In this document: in pieces, positions 47,509 to 60,200 of the stretch
Numbering within the stretch: the stretch's first letter is position 1
Layout: every line of letters begins with the position of its first letter
DNA from: Macrostomum lignano
Taxonomy: Eukaryota
Direction: 5' to 3'
Assembly: GCA_002269645.1 (NCBI GenBank)
Contig: NIVC01000517.1
Span: 151,043 to 215,042 of the forward strand
DNA: 64,000 nucleotides
The notes under the pieces: model-generated
What the model was told of the DNA's origin: nothing
What the model saw: the letters and a program-made list of their open reading frames with translations, nothing else
The model's database searches: none
Position numbers and translations under genes: made by a program

Positions 47509-47900
47509 TCCAGCGCCGTCTCAGCTACAGGCACGCAGAGTGAAATCTGGCATAGCCTGTACGGCGGGGGCCTCTCGCGCCTGCTGCAGCTCCGGGATGC
47601 TCGATTCAGCCATCTGCGACTCTGGCGTCCTCAGTCGCCGTTGTCGTCGTCGACTTTCGCCACGGATTGTGGCGTCGTCGACGCAGATTCGATTGCAGCG
47701 CAGCTACACAATGGGGATCTACTTTATGGAGTCTGCTCACCCAGGGCGGAGCTGGAGGGAGTTCCGCTGCAAATGGTAAGATTTTGCTATCAAATCTGCC
47801 GAAATGTATCGATGTGTATCGTTATGTATAAACTAATATACAAATAAGTGTTTATATGTTATCAATCGAATGAGGCATTTTCAAATATTATATATTCTTG

Positions 47901-47971
<71 letters not shown>

Positions 47972-48094
47972 CTAAGGCAGACAGACAGACAGACGGACAG
48001 ACAGGCAGGCAGACAGACAGACGGACAGACAGACAGACACACAGACAGACACTAAGGCAGACAGACAGACAGACGGACAGACAGACACTAAGGC

Positions 48095-48159
<65 letters not shown>

Positions 48160-48206
48160 CAGACAGACACACAGACGGACAGACAGACACTAAGGCAGAC
48201 AGACAG

Positions 48207-48264
<58 letters not shown>

Positions 48265-51200
48265 GGACAGACAGACACTAAGGCAGACAGACAGACAGAC
48301 AGACAGACAGACAGGCAGACAGACGGACAGTAGTTAGTCATAAAAAACAAGGTTAATCAACCTGCTGCTTTTGCTGCTTACCTGCCGGGGTTAATGAACT
48401 TGAAAATTTAAAAAAATCGTTTCCTTTTTAAAAAGGATTTTATTTTAACTGGCTCTGCTAAAACCCCATTCTAATTTAAGAGCCCCCCTATCGCTTGAGG
48501 ATATTGAAACTTAGTCATGAAATTGTATTTCCAGCTCAAAGTTGTTGCTTTTTATAGAATTACTGCATCGGAAATTTGTTTGATTAATTATTGATTCCTG
48601 TTTGATTCTCTCATTTGTTCAAATCTTTCTCCTTTTCTTCATCAATCGTGCAGATTATCTCCTGCTAATCTGGATTAACGATTTGAGAGCTGCGCCTACT
48701 AAACTGGCACTGCCCATGCCGGGCGGCGGTGCGTCTTCAACACAAGCGGCCTTTGAGTCTGGTCAGATCAGGGATGTCTGCATGTCACCGTGCGGCTCTT
48801 CTATCGGTATTTTGCGCAACTCTGTGCTGCAGCTAATACCAATGACTGCTTACTGGGTAAGCTGGGATGTTGGGAAACTTGTGACTTCAATCATGTATTG
48901 TGCTCAAGCTCATCATGTCCTGTACAGTCAGGCTCATTCATCATGTCCTGTACAATCAGGCTCATCCATCATGTCCTGTACAATCAGGCTCATCCATCAT
49001 GTCCTGTACAATCAGGCTCACTCATCATGTCCTGTACAATCAGGCTCACTCATCATGTCCTGTACAATCAGGCTCACTCATCATGTCCTGTACAATCTGG
49101 CTCACTCATCATGTCCTGTACAGTCAGGCTCATTCATCATGTCCTGTACAGTCAGGCTCACTCATCGTGTCCTGTACAGTCAGGCTCACTCATCATATCC
49201 TGTACAATCAGGCTCATTCATCATGTCCTGTACAATCAGGCTCATCCATCATGTCCTGTACAGTCAGGCTCATTCATCATGTCCTGTACAATCAGGCTCA
49301 CTCATCATGTCCTGTACAATCAGGCTCATTCATCATGTCCTGTACAATCAGGCTCACTCATCATGTCCTGTATAATCAGGCTCACTCATCATGTCCTGTA
49401 CAGTCAGGCTCACTCATCATGTCCTGTACAATCAGGCTCACTCATCATGTCCTGTACAATCAGGCTCATCCATGATGTCCTGTACAATCAGGCTCATTCA
49501 TTATGTCCTGTACAATCAGGCTCATCCATCATGTCCTGTACAATCAGGCTCACTCATCATGTCCTGTACAATCAGGCTCACTCATCATGTCCTGTACAGT
49601 CAGGCTCACTCATCATGTCCTGTACAGTCAGGCTCACTCATCATGTCCTGTACAGTCAGGCTCACTCATCATGTCCTGTACAATCAGGTTCATTCATCAT
49701 GTCCTGTACAGTCAGGCTCATTCATCATGTCCTGTACAGTCAGGCTCATTCATCATGTCCTGTGTATTGGCAGAAATCTCAATCTAGACAGAGGCCTGGA
49801 CGCCTCGTCTCGCATACGGCTACGCTGGAGATTCGACCGCCGCTGTCAAGTCACGGTTCCGATTGGACTGTCGCCTTTGCATTTGGCTCAAATCAAAGGC
49901 ACTTTATTGTTATTGCCAGTTCAGTGAGTTACTTGCACTTCACAATTGCTGATTTTTTTCAATTTATTCTTGTCCTGCCGCACAGGCGAGTACCCACCTC
50001 ACTCAGAAAAATTCTCGACTTTTAGCTAGTTATAACGCGCTGCAATTTTTTTTTCGTCCCCCGCCGCACAAACAGTCACCCACCTCATGCCGCGGCTCTT
50101 ATCTCTCCCTGATTCCAATTTATCCTCGTCCCCCGCCGCTCAAACAGTCACCCACCTCATGCCGCGGCTCTTATCTCTCCCTGATTCCAATTCATCCTCG
50201 TCCCCCGCCGCACAAACAGCCACCCACCTCATGCCGCGGCTCTTATCTCTCCCTGATTCCAATTCATCCTCGTCCCCCGCCGCACAAACAGCCACCCACC
50301 TCATGCCGCGGCTCTTATCTCTCCCTGATTCCAATTCATCCTCGTCCCCCGCCGCACAAACAGCCACCCACCTCATGCCGCGGCTCTTATCTCTCCCTGA
50401 TTCCAATTCATCCTCGTCCCCCGCCGCACAAACAGCCACCCACCTCATGCCGCGGCTCTTATCTCTCTGCTTCCAATTTATTCTCGTCCCCTGACGCACT
50501 AACGGCCACCCACCTCACGCCGCGGCTCTTCTCTCGCTCTAACCGAAGTTGGGAAGTACAGGTTATTCTCGTCACCTGCCGCAGAAACGTCTGTTTAAAC
50601 TTGCTCCACTGTACTTTTCCCAATTTGCAGTCGGGTCACTTGCACTACTACAGTCCAGACTCTGGCCAGTTCTACTCTAAACAAGCTGTTTGTTCCTCCA
50701 TCGTTGCACTGGCCACTTATTTTGATCCGTCTATTGCCGATTCAAGTCCTACTATGCTTGTAAGTATCATATCGAATATGTATGATTTTATTTATCCATA
50801 AATGTTTTAAAGCCTACTAATTATTATAGAAGTTATTTTTCGTCTACGAACTCTTTTCCAGGTGACAAGCCGAAGCGGTGATCAGTTCAAAGTACAGGCT
50901 GCACTTCCTCCAGTTACAAACCAAAATCAACAGCAACCTTCTTCATCTACTACCCACGAGTCCACAAAGTCTACGAAACACGCAAAACATTTTTCCAAAA
51001 GCAAGCACTCATCGTCGGCGCCAATTGGCGAACCTGTTGAATTCCGCTCGGATCCGGGTTCCGTTGATCGACTTCGTTGCCAACGCAACCAGCTGGGCTT
51101 CGTGACAGCCGTAGCGCCAAGCTGTCAATCCGCCACTAGTGCGGCTAGTAAATTTGTCTACTGCCACATTCAAAATAGCAATCTAGAGCAGGATCGGCTG

Positions 51201-52397
51201 TTACTATATCTGCCTAACGATTTTACTAACGCCTTGTACACCTACGTTATACCCTGTCGGACCATACAATTCGAACTGGACTATGCTCTCATTTATTGCT
51301 TGCATCGTAGCGATAATGGCAGACTGGCGCTCACTGTGCAGTGCAGGCACCTGTGCAGCTTGTCTGGGAAGGCCAGCTGGGATCAGGTGAGAATAGGATT
51401 CAGCTGGGATCTGGGTTATAGCAAGTTTGAATCTGGCTTGGGAAGTTGGGGTCCGGATATGAGTAGTTGGGATCTGAGTAAGACAAGTTTGAATCTGGCT
51501 TGGGAATTTAGGATCTGGATATGAGAAGTTGGGATCTGGATATGAGTAGTTGGGATCTGTGTATGGAAAGTTATCATCTGGGTATGGGAAGTTGGGATCT
51601 GGTAACGGAAAGTTGGGATCTAGGTATGGGAAATTGGGATCTGTGTAGGGAAATTTGGGACCTGTATAGGAAGTTAGGATCTTGGTATCTGGGTACGGGA
51701 AGTTGGGATCTACGAGCTAGGTAGGGGAGTTGGGATCTGGGTCTGAGAAATTGGGATTCAGGTATCGAAAGTTTGGATCTGTGTATGGGATTTTTGTATT
51801 TGAAACTATGTGGGATCAGTAATTTTTCTGTGAACTTTCGATCTCAATGGGATCTCAACAACTGTCCCTATCGAAAAATCCTCTTTTCCCAGGTAGGTCC
51901 GCAGTTCGCCGCCTCCATATTGGTGTCGCTGGACACCGGCCTGGCTGTCGGCCGCTTCCTCACCGCCTGCCTGCTGACTCCTCCCTCGTCCTCTTCATCA
52001 GAACCTTCGACGCCGTCTTGGCGCGGTCTCCCGCTCCGAGGAGGCCGTCAGAACCATCAGCAGCATTCAGCGGAGGCGAAGCTGACCGTCTTGCCGACCC
52101 TGCTGGTTTGCCACCGCGGCGGCTGCCTCGCCCTGCCGTGCCGCCGGGCTCCCGAGCTCGCTTTCCTGACCTCCGCCGTCACCCGCGGCGCCGACGTAGC
52201 CCAACGCCTGGGCGTCGGTTTGAAACTCGACGTGCATAACCTGTTCGAGCTGGCCAGCCGCCACCTGCTGGCCAATCAGCGGCTTGACATGGCCGACGAC
52301 TGTGCGCATCGGTTCTGCGGCGGCGGAGGCGGCGGCGCCGGCAAGAAGCTGGCGCATGTCCTGGCCTGCGGGTGGAGCGATGGGAGTAACGAGTGAG

Positions 52398-52428
<31 letters not shown>

Positions 52429-52433
52429 CTGCC

Positions 52434-52480
<47 letters not shown>

Positions 52481-52505
52481 CTGCCTGTCTGTCTGTCTGT
52501 CTGAC

Positions 52506-52572
<67 letters not shown>

Positions 52573-52581
52573 CTGTCTGCC

Positions 52582-52632
<51 letters not shown>

Positions 52633-52637
52633 CTGCC

Positions 52638-52676
<39 letters not shown>

Positions 52677-52793
52677 CTGCCTGTCTGTCTGTCTGTCTGT
52701 CCGTCTGTCTGCCTGTCTGTCTGTCTGTCTGCCTGTCTGTCTGTCCGTCTGTCTGCCTGTCTGTCTGTCTGTCTGTCCGTCTGTCTGTCTGCC

Positions 52794-52842
<49 letters not shown>

Positions 52843-52915
52843 TAGTGTCTGTCTGTCTGTATCTGTCTGTCTGTCCGTCTGTCTGCCTGTCTGTCTGTCT
52901 GTCTGTCTGTCTTAG

Positions 52916-52958
<43 letters not shown>

Positions 52959-53165
52959 CTGCCTGTCTGTCTGTCTGTATCTGTCTGTCTGTCTGTCTGC
53001 CTGTCTGTCTGTCCATCTGTCTGCCTGTCTGTCTGTCTGTCTGTCTGTCTGTCTTAGTGTCTTAGTGTCTGTCTTAGTGTCTGTCTGTCTGTCTGTCTTA
53101 GTGTCTGTCTGTCTGTCTGTCTGTCTGTCTTAGTGTCTGTCTGTCTGTCTGTCTGTCTGTCTTAG

Positions 53166-53206
<41 letters not shown>

Positions 53207-53245
53207 TAGTCTCGGTCTGTCTGTCTATCTGTCTGTCTGTCTTAG

Positions 53246-53286
<41 letters not shown>

Positions 53287-53307
53287 TAGTGTCTGTCTGT
53301 CTGTCTA

Positions 53308-53340
<33 letters not shown>

Positions 53341-53348
53341 GTGTCTCT

Positions 53349-53382
<34 letters not shown>

Positions 53383-53399
53383 CTGTCTGTCTGTCTTAG

Positions 53400-53430
<31 letters not shown>

Positions 53431-53515
53431 CTGCCTGTCTGTCTGTCTGTCTGTCTGTCTGCCTGTCTGTCTGTCTGTCTGTCCGTCTGTCTGCCTGTCT
53501 GTCTGTCTGTCTGCC

Positions 53516-53574
<59 letters not shown>

Positions 53575-53607
53575 CTGTCTGCCTGTCTGTCTGTCTGTCC
53601 GTCTGCC

Positions 53608-53676
<69 letters not shown>

Positions 53677-53833
53677 TAGTGTCTGTCTGTCTGTATCTGT
53701 CTGTCTGTCCGTCTGTCTGCCTGTCTGTCTGTCTGTCTGTCTGTCTTAGTGTCTGTCTGTCTGTCTGTCCGTCTGTCTGCCTGTATGTCTGTCTGTATCT
53801 GTCTGTCTGTCTGTCTGCCTGTCTGTCTGTCCA

Positions 53834-53876
<43 letters not shown>

Positions 53877-53899
53877 TAGTGTCTTAGTGTCTGTCTTAG

Positions 53900-53932
<33 letters not shown>

Positions 53933-53935
53933 TAG

Positions 53936-53968
<33 letters not shown>

Positions 53969-53971
53969 TAG

Positions 53972-54016
<45 letters not shown>

Positions 54017-54037
54017 TAGTCTCGGTCTGTCTGTCTA

Positions 54038-54068
<31 letters not shown>

Positions 54069-54103
54069 GCGTGTCTGTCTGTCTGTCTGTCTGTCTTAGT
54101 GGC

Positions 54104-54146
<43 letters not shown>

Positions 54147-54154
54147 GTGTCTCT

Positions 54155-54188
<34 letters not shown>

Positions 54189-54205
54189 CTGTCTGTCTGT
54201 CTTAG

Positions 54206-54253
<48 letters not shown>

Positions 54254-57200
54254 CATCTATCTGTTTATATCTCCGTACCCCCCTCAGCGGCACAGCAGAC
54301 GCGGACCCGGCCAGCCGAGGCCACCTGTTCGGCCGCCTGGTGGAGTTCCTGTTGGGGGCAGCGGCGGCGCTCGGCCGAATGGAGCCGCCGGCTAATCACG
54401 GCGCCTGCCGTACCGCCGCCCTTCTGGCGCTGACGTGCGCCGCTCAGGACGCCGCCGCGGCCGACCAAGACGAAGTCGCCGGCAACAGCGTCGAATTGTG
54501 TCGCCAGCGAGAGGGACAGCGGCGCCAGATGCTGCTGCAGTTCTGCTTCGCTCACGGCCAGTTTCTGGATTCCGGCGGCGCTTTGAAAGTCCTCATCAAT
54601 GGCGGACTGTTCGAGGCGGCTGCTCTGCTTGCGTTGGTGGGTGCTGCTTTTAGTAGCTGTTTGGGTTTTGCTCATTTTTAACCTCAGTCTATTTAATCTC
54701 TCTTAATATCTCGTTCAGTGTCAGTTTATTGTTGCTATTAGTGTCAGTTTAGTATTGCTATTAGTGTCAGTTTATTGTTGCTATTAGTGTCAGTTTAGTA
54801 TTGCTATTAGTGTCAGTTTATTGTTGCTATTAGTGTCAGTTTAGTATTGCTATTAGTGTCAGTTTATTGTTGCTATTAGTGTCAGTTTAGTATTGCTATT
54901 AGTGTCAGTTTATTGTTGCTATTAGTGTCAGTTTATTGTTGCTATTAGTGTCAGTTTATTGTTGCTATTAGTGTCAGTTTAGTATTGCTATTAGTGTCAG
55001 TTTATTGTTGCTATTAGTGTCAGTTTAGTATTGCTATTAGTGTCAGTTTAGTATTGCTATTAGTGTCAGTTTAGTATTGCTATTAGTGTCAGTTTAGTAT
55101 TGCTATTAGTGTCAGTTTAGTATTGCTATTAGTGTCAGTTTATTGTTGCTATTAGTGTCAGTTTATTGTTGCTATTAGTGTCAGTTTAGTATTGCTATTA
55201 GTGTCAGTTTAGTATTGCTATTAGTGTCAGTTTAGTATTGCTATTAGTGTCAGTTTAGTCTTGCTATTAGTGTCAGTTTAGTATTGCTATTAGTGTCAGT
55301 TTAGCGTTGCTATAAGTGTCAGTCAAGGCTAATTAGCTACATTGCCTTATAGTTTTTCAAGATGTCGCCAGACTACACAATGATAAACACCAATACTAAT
55401 CAGGGGTATTGTTGACGCAAAAACTAGCAGAATAAGTGCATTAATTAGTTGCCATGTACGTATATGCGCAAATAATAAGCAGACTCAAGAGGTGAGTCCA
55501 AAAGCTGCAGATTGAGTACACAGAGTTTTACTGACACGACACTAATTAGCACTAACCAGGCCTATAGAGCATATCACACATCCTGGATCAATACGAGTAT
55601 AGGTTAGTCTATAACAGTATTCTATATAGAATCAGAACTCAATATACTATTTACTGTTGTTGTCCACTGCATTTTGCGTACTTTTTTTCTTCTGTTTTTT
55701 TGTCTTCAACACTTCTCTCTGCATCGCCGTTTTAATTATTTCTGATTGACAGAAAGGCTTTTTTACTTTGCTAATCATGTCGAGTTCCTGTTTGTCGAAA
55801 TCCCAAATCCCCATTGATCCTCTCCGAAAATCCCAAATCCCCATTGATCCTCTCAGAAAATCCCAAATCCCCATTGATCCTCTTCGAAATCCCAAATCCC
55901 CATTGATCCTCTCAGAAAATCCCAAATCCCCATTTATCCTCTCCGAAATCCCAAATCCCCATTTATCCTCTCCGAAATCTCAAATCCCCATTGATCCTCT
56001 CAGAAAATCTCAAATCCCCATTGATCCTCTCAGAAAATCTCAAATCCCCATTGATCCTCTCAGAAAATCTCAAATCCCCATTGATCCTCTCAGAAAATCT
56101 CAAATCCCCATTGATCCTCTCAGAAAATCTCAAATCCCCATTGATCCTCTCAGAAAATCTCAAATCCCCATTGATCCTCTCAGAAAATCTCAAATCCCCA
56201 TTGATCCTCTCAGAAAATCTCAAATCCCCATTGATCCTCTCAGAAAATCTCAAATCCCCATTGATCCTCTCAGAAAATCTCAAATCCCCATTGATCCTCT
56301 CAGAAAATCTCAAATCCCCATTGATCCTCTTCGAAATTCCGGATCCCCTGTTAATACTCCCTATAATCCCAGATCCTCCCTCAGATCCATAAGATCTGCA
56401 TCATCTAATCCCATGTCCGTCAGCCCAGAATCCCACAAAATCATGGAATCTGCATGGGTTCCGCATTCCCTAATTGTGTCCCATCACCTGTCAGCTGTTT
56501 CCCATCCGTCATTGATCCCCAACTCAGAATCTGCGCTGCATCTCCGAATGCCTCGCCGCCGTTCTCGACCGGGTCGCCTCTCTGGCGCCGGCGTCTCCGC
56601 GCCTGGCCACGCACACCCTGCGCCAATTTCTGCGCCTCCTGCCGGCCGAATTGATCAACGGCGCGCTGCAGACTGGCGCCGAGCATCCGTTGGACGCGCT
56701 TTGCGACGCCGTTGACTCGCGACTTGAACAGCTGATCTTGGCCGGTGCCGAAGGACGCGGACTTGAGCAGATCCTGGAAGGCTGGTTTCATCCCGACGGG
56801 TCGCCTACTTGGTTCCTTATTAACAAGGTGGGGGCGAGTTTGATCTTTGGTGGTTCGAATCCTATAGTATTTTGTACTGCACTTAAACTATTGTCCTTTG
56901 AAGAGTTCCAACGATCCAGAGCTTTATGATTATACCATAAACTGTCTTGTAAACATTCACGAAATATTCTCATAAACATTCCCTAAACTGTCTCTTAAAC
57001 ATGCCTTAAACTGTCTCTTAAACATGCCTTAAACTGTCTCATAAACTATCTTATAAACATCCCCTAAACTGTCTCATAAACATCCCTTAAACTGTCTCAT
57101 AAACAACCCTTAAACTGTTTCATAAACAACCCATAAACTGTCTCATAAACACTCCCTAAACTGTCTCTTAAACATCCCTTAAACTGTCTCTTAAACATCC

Positions 57201-60200
57201 CCTAAACGGTCTCAAAAACATTCCCTAAACTGTCTCATAAGCATCCCTTAAACTGTCTCATAAACATCCCATAAACTGTCTCATAAACATCCCATAAACT
57301 GTCTCATAAACATCCTTTAAACTATCTCATAAACATCCCATAAACTGTCTCATAAACATCCTTTAAACTGTCTCATAAACATCCCATAAACTGTCTCAAA
57401 CATCCCATAAAAATCTGGAAAATCTGCACACGATGCTGTCATATTTCAATTACAGCAACCCCACAGGCCCCTGACAAAGCGATGGTGTCAGCTGGCCTGC
57501 CGTTACTACGGTTTGAAAGCGTGCTCAAGTTTGAGTAGCAGAAGCAATAGTCTAGAAAATCCGTGCCCTCTACTGGCTGGGCAGTTGCAGCACTGCCGCT
57601 CATTGAAGCAGAAACAGATTCAGTCTACTCTGTTGGCAGGTTCTGCCACGGCCCTATCGATGTCTCTGCACTATCTGATAGTCTATGCCAACCAGACCCT
57701 GCGCGTCTACTGCCCCAGCCTGCTGTCTCCGCCTCTGTCTATTACTCAACCCGGCGTAGTGGAAGTCTCAGCTGGATTGCGACACGCTCTGGTGTTGCTA
57801 AGCAACGGCTGTCTGTTGTCGGCCGGCTCTAACGCCTACGGGCAGCTTGGCGTTGGCAAATTTAATAAAGATAAAACTAATGAGGAGGATAAACAAGAAT
57901 TGCAATTGATGCAGTTGAGACCCGTTCTTGGCCAATTGGAGAATTGTCCTGTTCGATACATATCGGCTGGGCATTATTCTAGCGCTTGTATTGTTGCTGG
58001 AAATGAGATTAACGACGGTCGAGTGTACACCTGGGGCTGGAATGCGCTTGGGCAGTTGGGCCTTGGCGACTCAGAGAACCGCTGCTCACCTGAGCTGGTT
58101 CAGCTGCCGGATGCTGCTGGTTGGTGCTCTTTGAGTGCTTTTTCTCATCAAGCTTTGGGATTAATTTAAGGATTTATTGAAATCCTAATATGGGATTTAT
58201 TGAGATCCCTAATTTAAGGATTTATTGAGATCCCTAATTTGGGGATTTATTGAGATCCCTAATTTGGGGATTTATTGAGATCCCTAATTTGGGGATATAT
58301 TGAGATCCCTAATTTGGGGATTTATTGAGATCCCTAGTTTGGGGATAAATTGAGATCCCTAATTTGGGGATTTATTGAGATCCCTAATTTGGGGATTTAT
58401 TGAGATCCCTAATTTGGGGATTTATTGAGATCCCTAATTTGGGGATTTATTGAGATCCATAATTTAGGGATTTATTAAAATCCCTAATTAGAGGATTTAT
58501 TGAAATCCCTAATTTGGAAATTTATTGAGATCCTTAATTTGGGGATTTATTGAGATCCATAATTTAGGGATTTATTAAAATCCCTAATTAGAGGATTTAT
58601 TGAAATCCCTAATTTGGAAATTTATTGAGATCCCTAATTTGGGGATTTGTTGAGATCCCTAATTTGGGGATTTGTTGAAATCCTCATTAGGGGATTTATT
58701 ACAGAGGTGTGAAGAATTAAAACCAATTCCCTTGCAGACTCAACCATCGCTGAGAACGCCGACCATCCTGGCAATGCAGATTCGCAGCAGTTAAAATGCT
58801 CAACCCTGCTAGCCAGCCGGGTAGTCTGCGGTCGCGAGCACACCCTATTCCTGACCAGTTCCGGTCGGGTGTTCGCTTCCGGTTCCAACTGCCGCAATCA
58901 GCTGCTGCACACAGAGCCTCAGAAATGCTCACATCCATTGGAGCTGACTGGGATCAATAATCGAAAGCTATTACCGACTGGAGATATTGCCCAAATCGAT
59001 ACCAAAGCTTATCTATCGGTTGCAGTTGGCCGAAATGACAATCGACTGTACATGTGGGGCCTCTGCCGGTACATGAATTTGCAGTTGGCTACGCTAAAAA
59101 TTGTGCGCAACTTGGCGCCAAAGGATGCGGCGCCGGGATCCCTGAGGCTGCTCTCCTGCGGCTACGAGGCGTGTCTGGTGAGCAGCGATCCTAGTTATAG
59201 ATCCTCAGGTGTGATTGATTTGTCCCCTAACTGGGATCTTGAGGTGTGATTGATTTATCCCCTAACTGGGATCTTTAGGTGTGATTGATTTATCCCCTAA
59301 CTGGGATCTTGAGGTGTGATTGATTTGTCCCCTAACTGGGATCTTGAGGTGTGATTGATTTATCCCCTAACTGGGATCTTTAGGTGTGATTGATTTATCC
59401 CCTAACTGGGATCCTTAGGTGTGATTGATTTATCCCCTAACTGGGATCCTTAAGTGTGATAGATTTATCCCCTAACTGGGATCATTAAGTGTGATAGATT
59501 TATCCCCTAACTGGGATCATTAAGTGTGATAGATTTATCCCCTAACTGGGATCCTTAGGTGTGACTGATTTGTCCCCTAACTGGTGTGATTGATTTATCC
59601 CCTAACTGGGATCCTTAGGTGTGATTGATTTATCATCAGGTGTGATTATCATCCATCCCCTAATTGGGATTCCATATTAAATCATGATACCTTTTTATAT
59701 CTCCTGCTCGTAATTGTTAGTCTTGAAGCTGTAATTTTTGTTTCAAGGGTGTCATTTTTGTGCATAATCTATATTAATCAGGCTGTAAAGTAGATGGATG
59801 AAATACTTTTGTAAAAGTGCAGATTTTGAGCAGTTTTTCTTTATCCAATATAATTAGCGCTCAAGGAATTAATTAGAAAACTTACTTTTGCCTCTGATTA
59901 GTTGGTCATTTCTTATCAATAGTGTTTGTGCTGGCTATTTTTGCGTGCACGACATGCCGAACTGCGTGGCTTGCTTTGACAGCTTAAACTGGCTCCCTTG
60001 AGAATAGGTTTGTAATATTACTGGACTAGTTCATGGACGCTTGTGGATTGAATCTGGACTGTTAGCGGAATGCTAGTTCATGGACACTTATTGATTGAAT
60101 CTGGACTGTTAGCGGAATGCTAGTTCATGGACACTTATTGATTGAATCTGGACTGTTAGCGGAATGCTAGTTCATGGACACTTATTGATTGAATCTGGAC

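Noticed and set aside
48376-48395. U1 snRNA-like CTTACCTGCCGGGG
   Set aside because: Similarity limited to ~12 nt; no downstream U1 stem-loops or Sm site recognised.
48790-50025. 411-aa and 257-aa His/Cys-rich ORFs
   Set aside because: Translation of a 28-bp intronic minisatellite; only 48654-48856 and 49774-49923 are real exons.
52284-54681. VCLS/RQTD repeat ORFs
   Set aside because: (TCTG)n microsatellite translation.
55353-55410. Extra exon after TTTTTCAAG in the RCC1 gene
   Set aside because: Short stops in all frames, and the flanking exons (54636, 56528) already join in phase 0.
55768-56715. 315-aa [10 protein letters not shown] repeat protein
   Set aside because: 30-bp intronic repeat; the real exon begins at 56528 in another frame.
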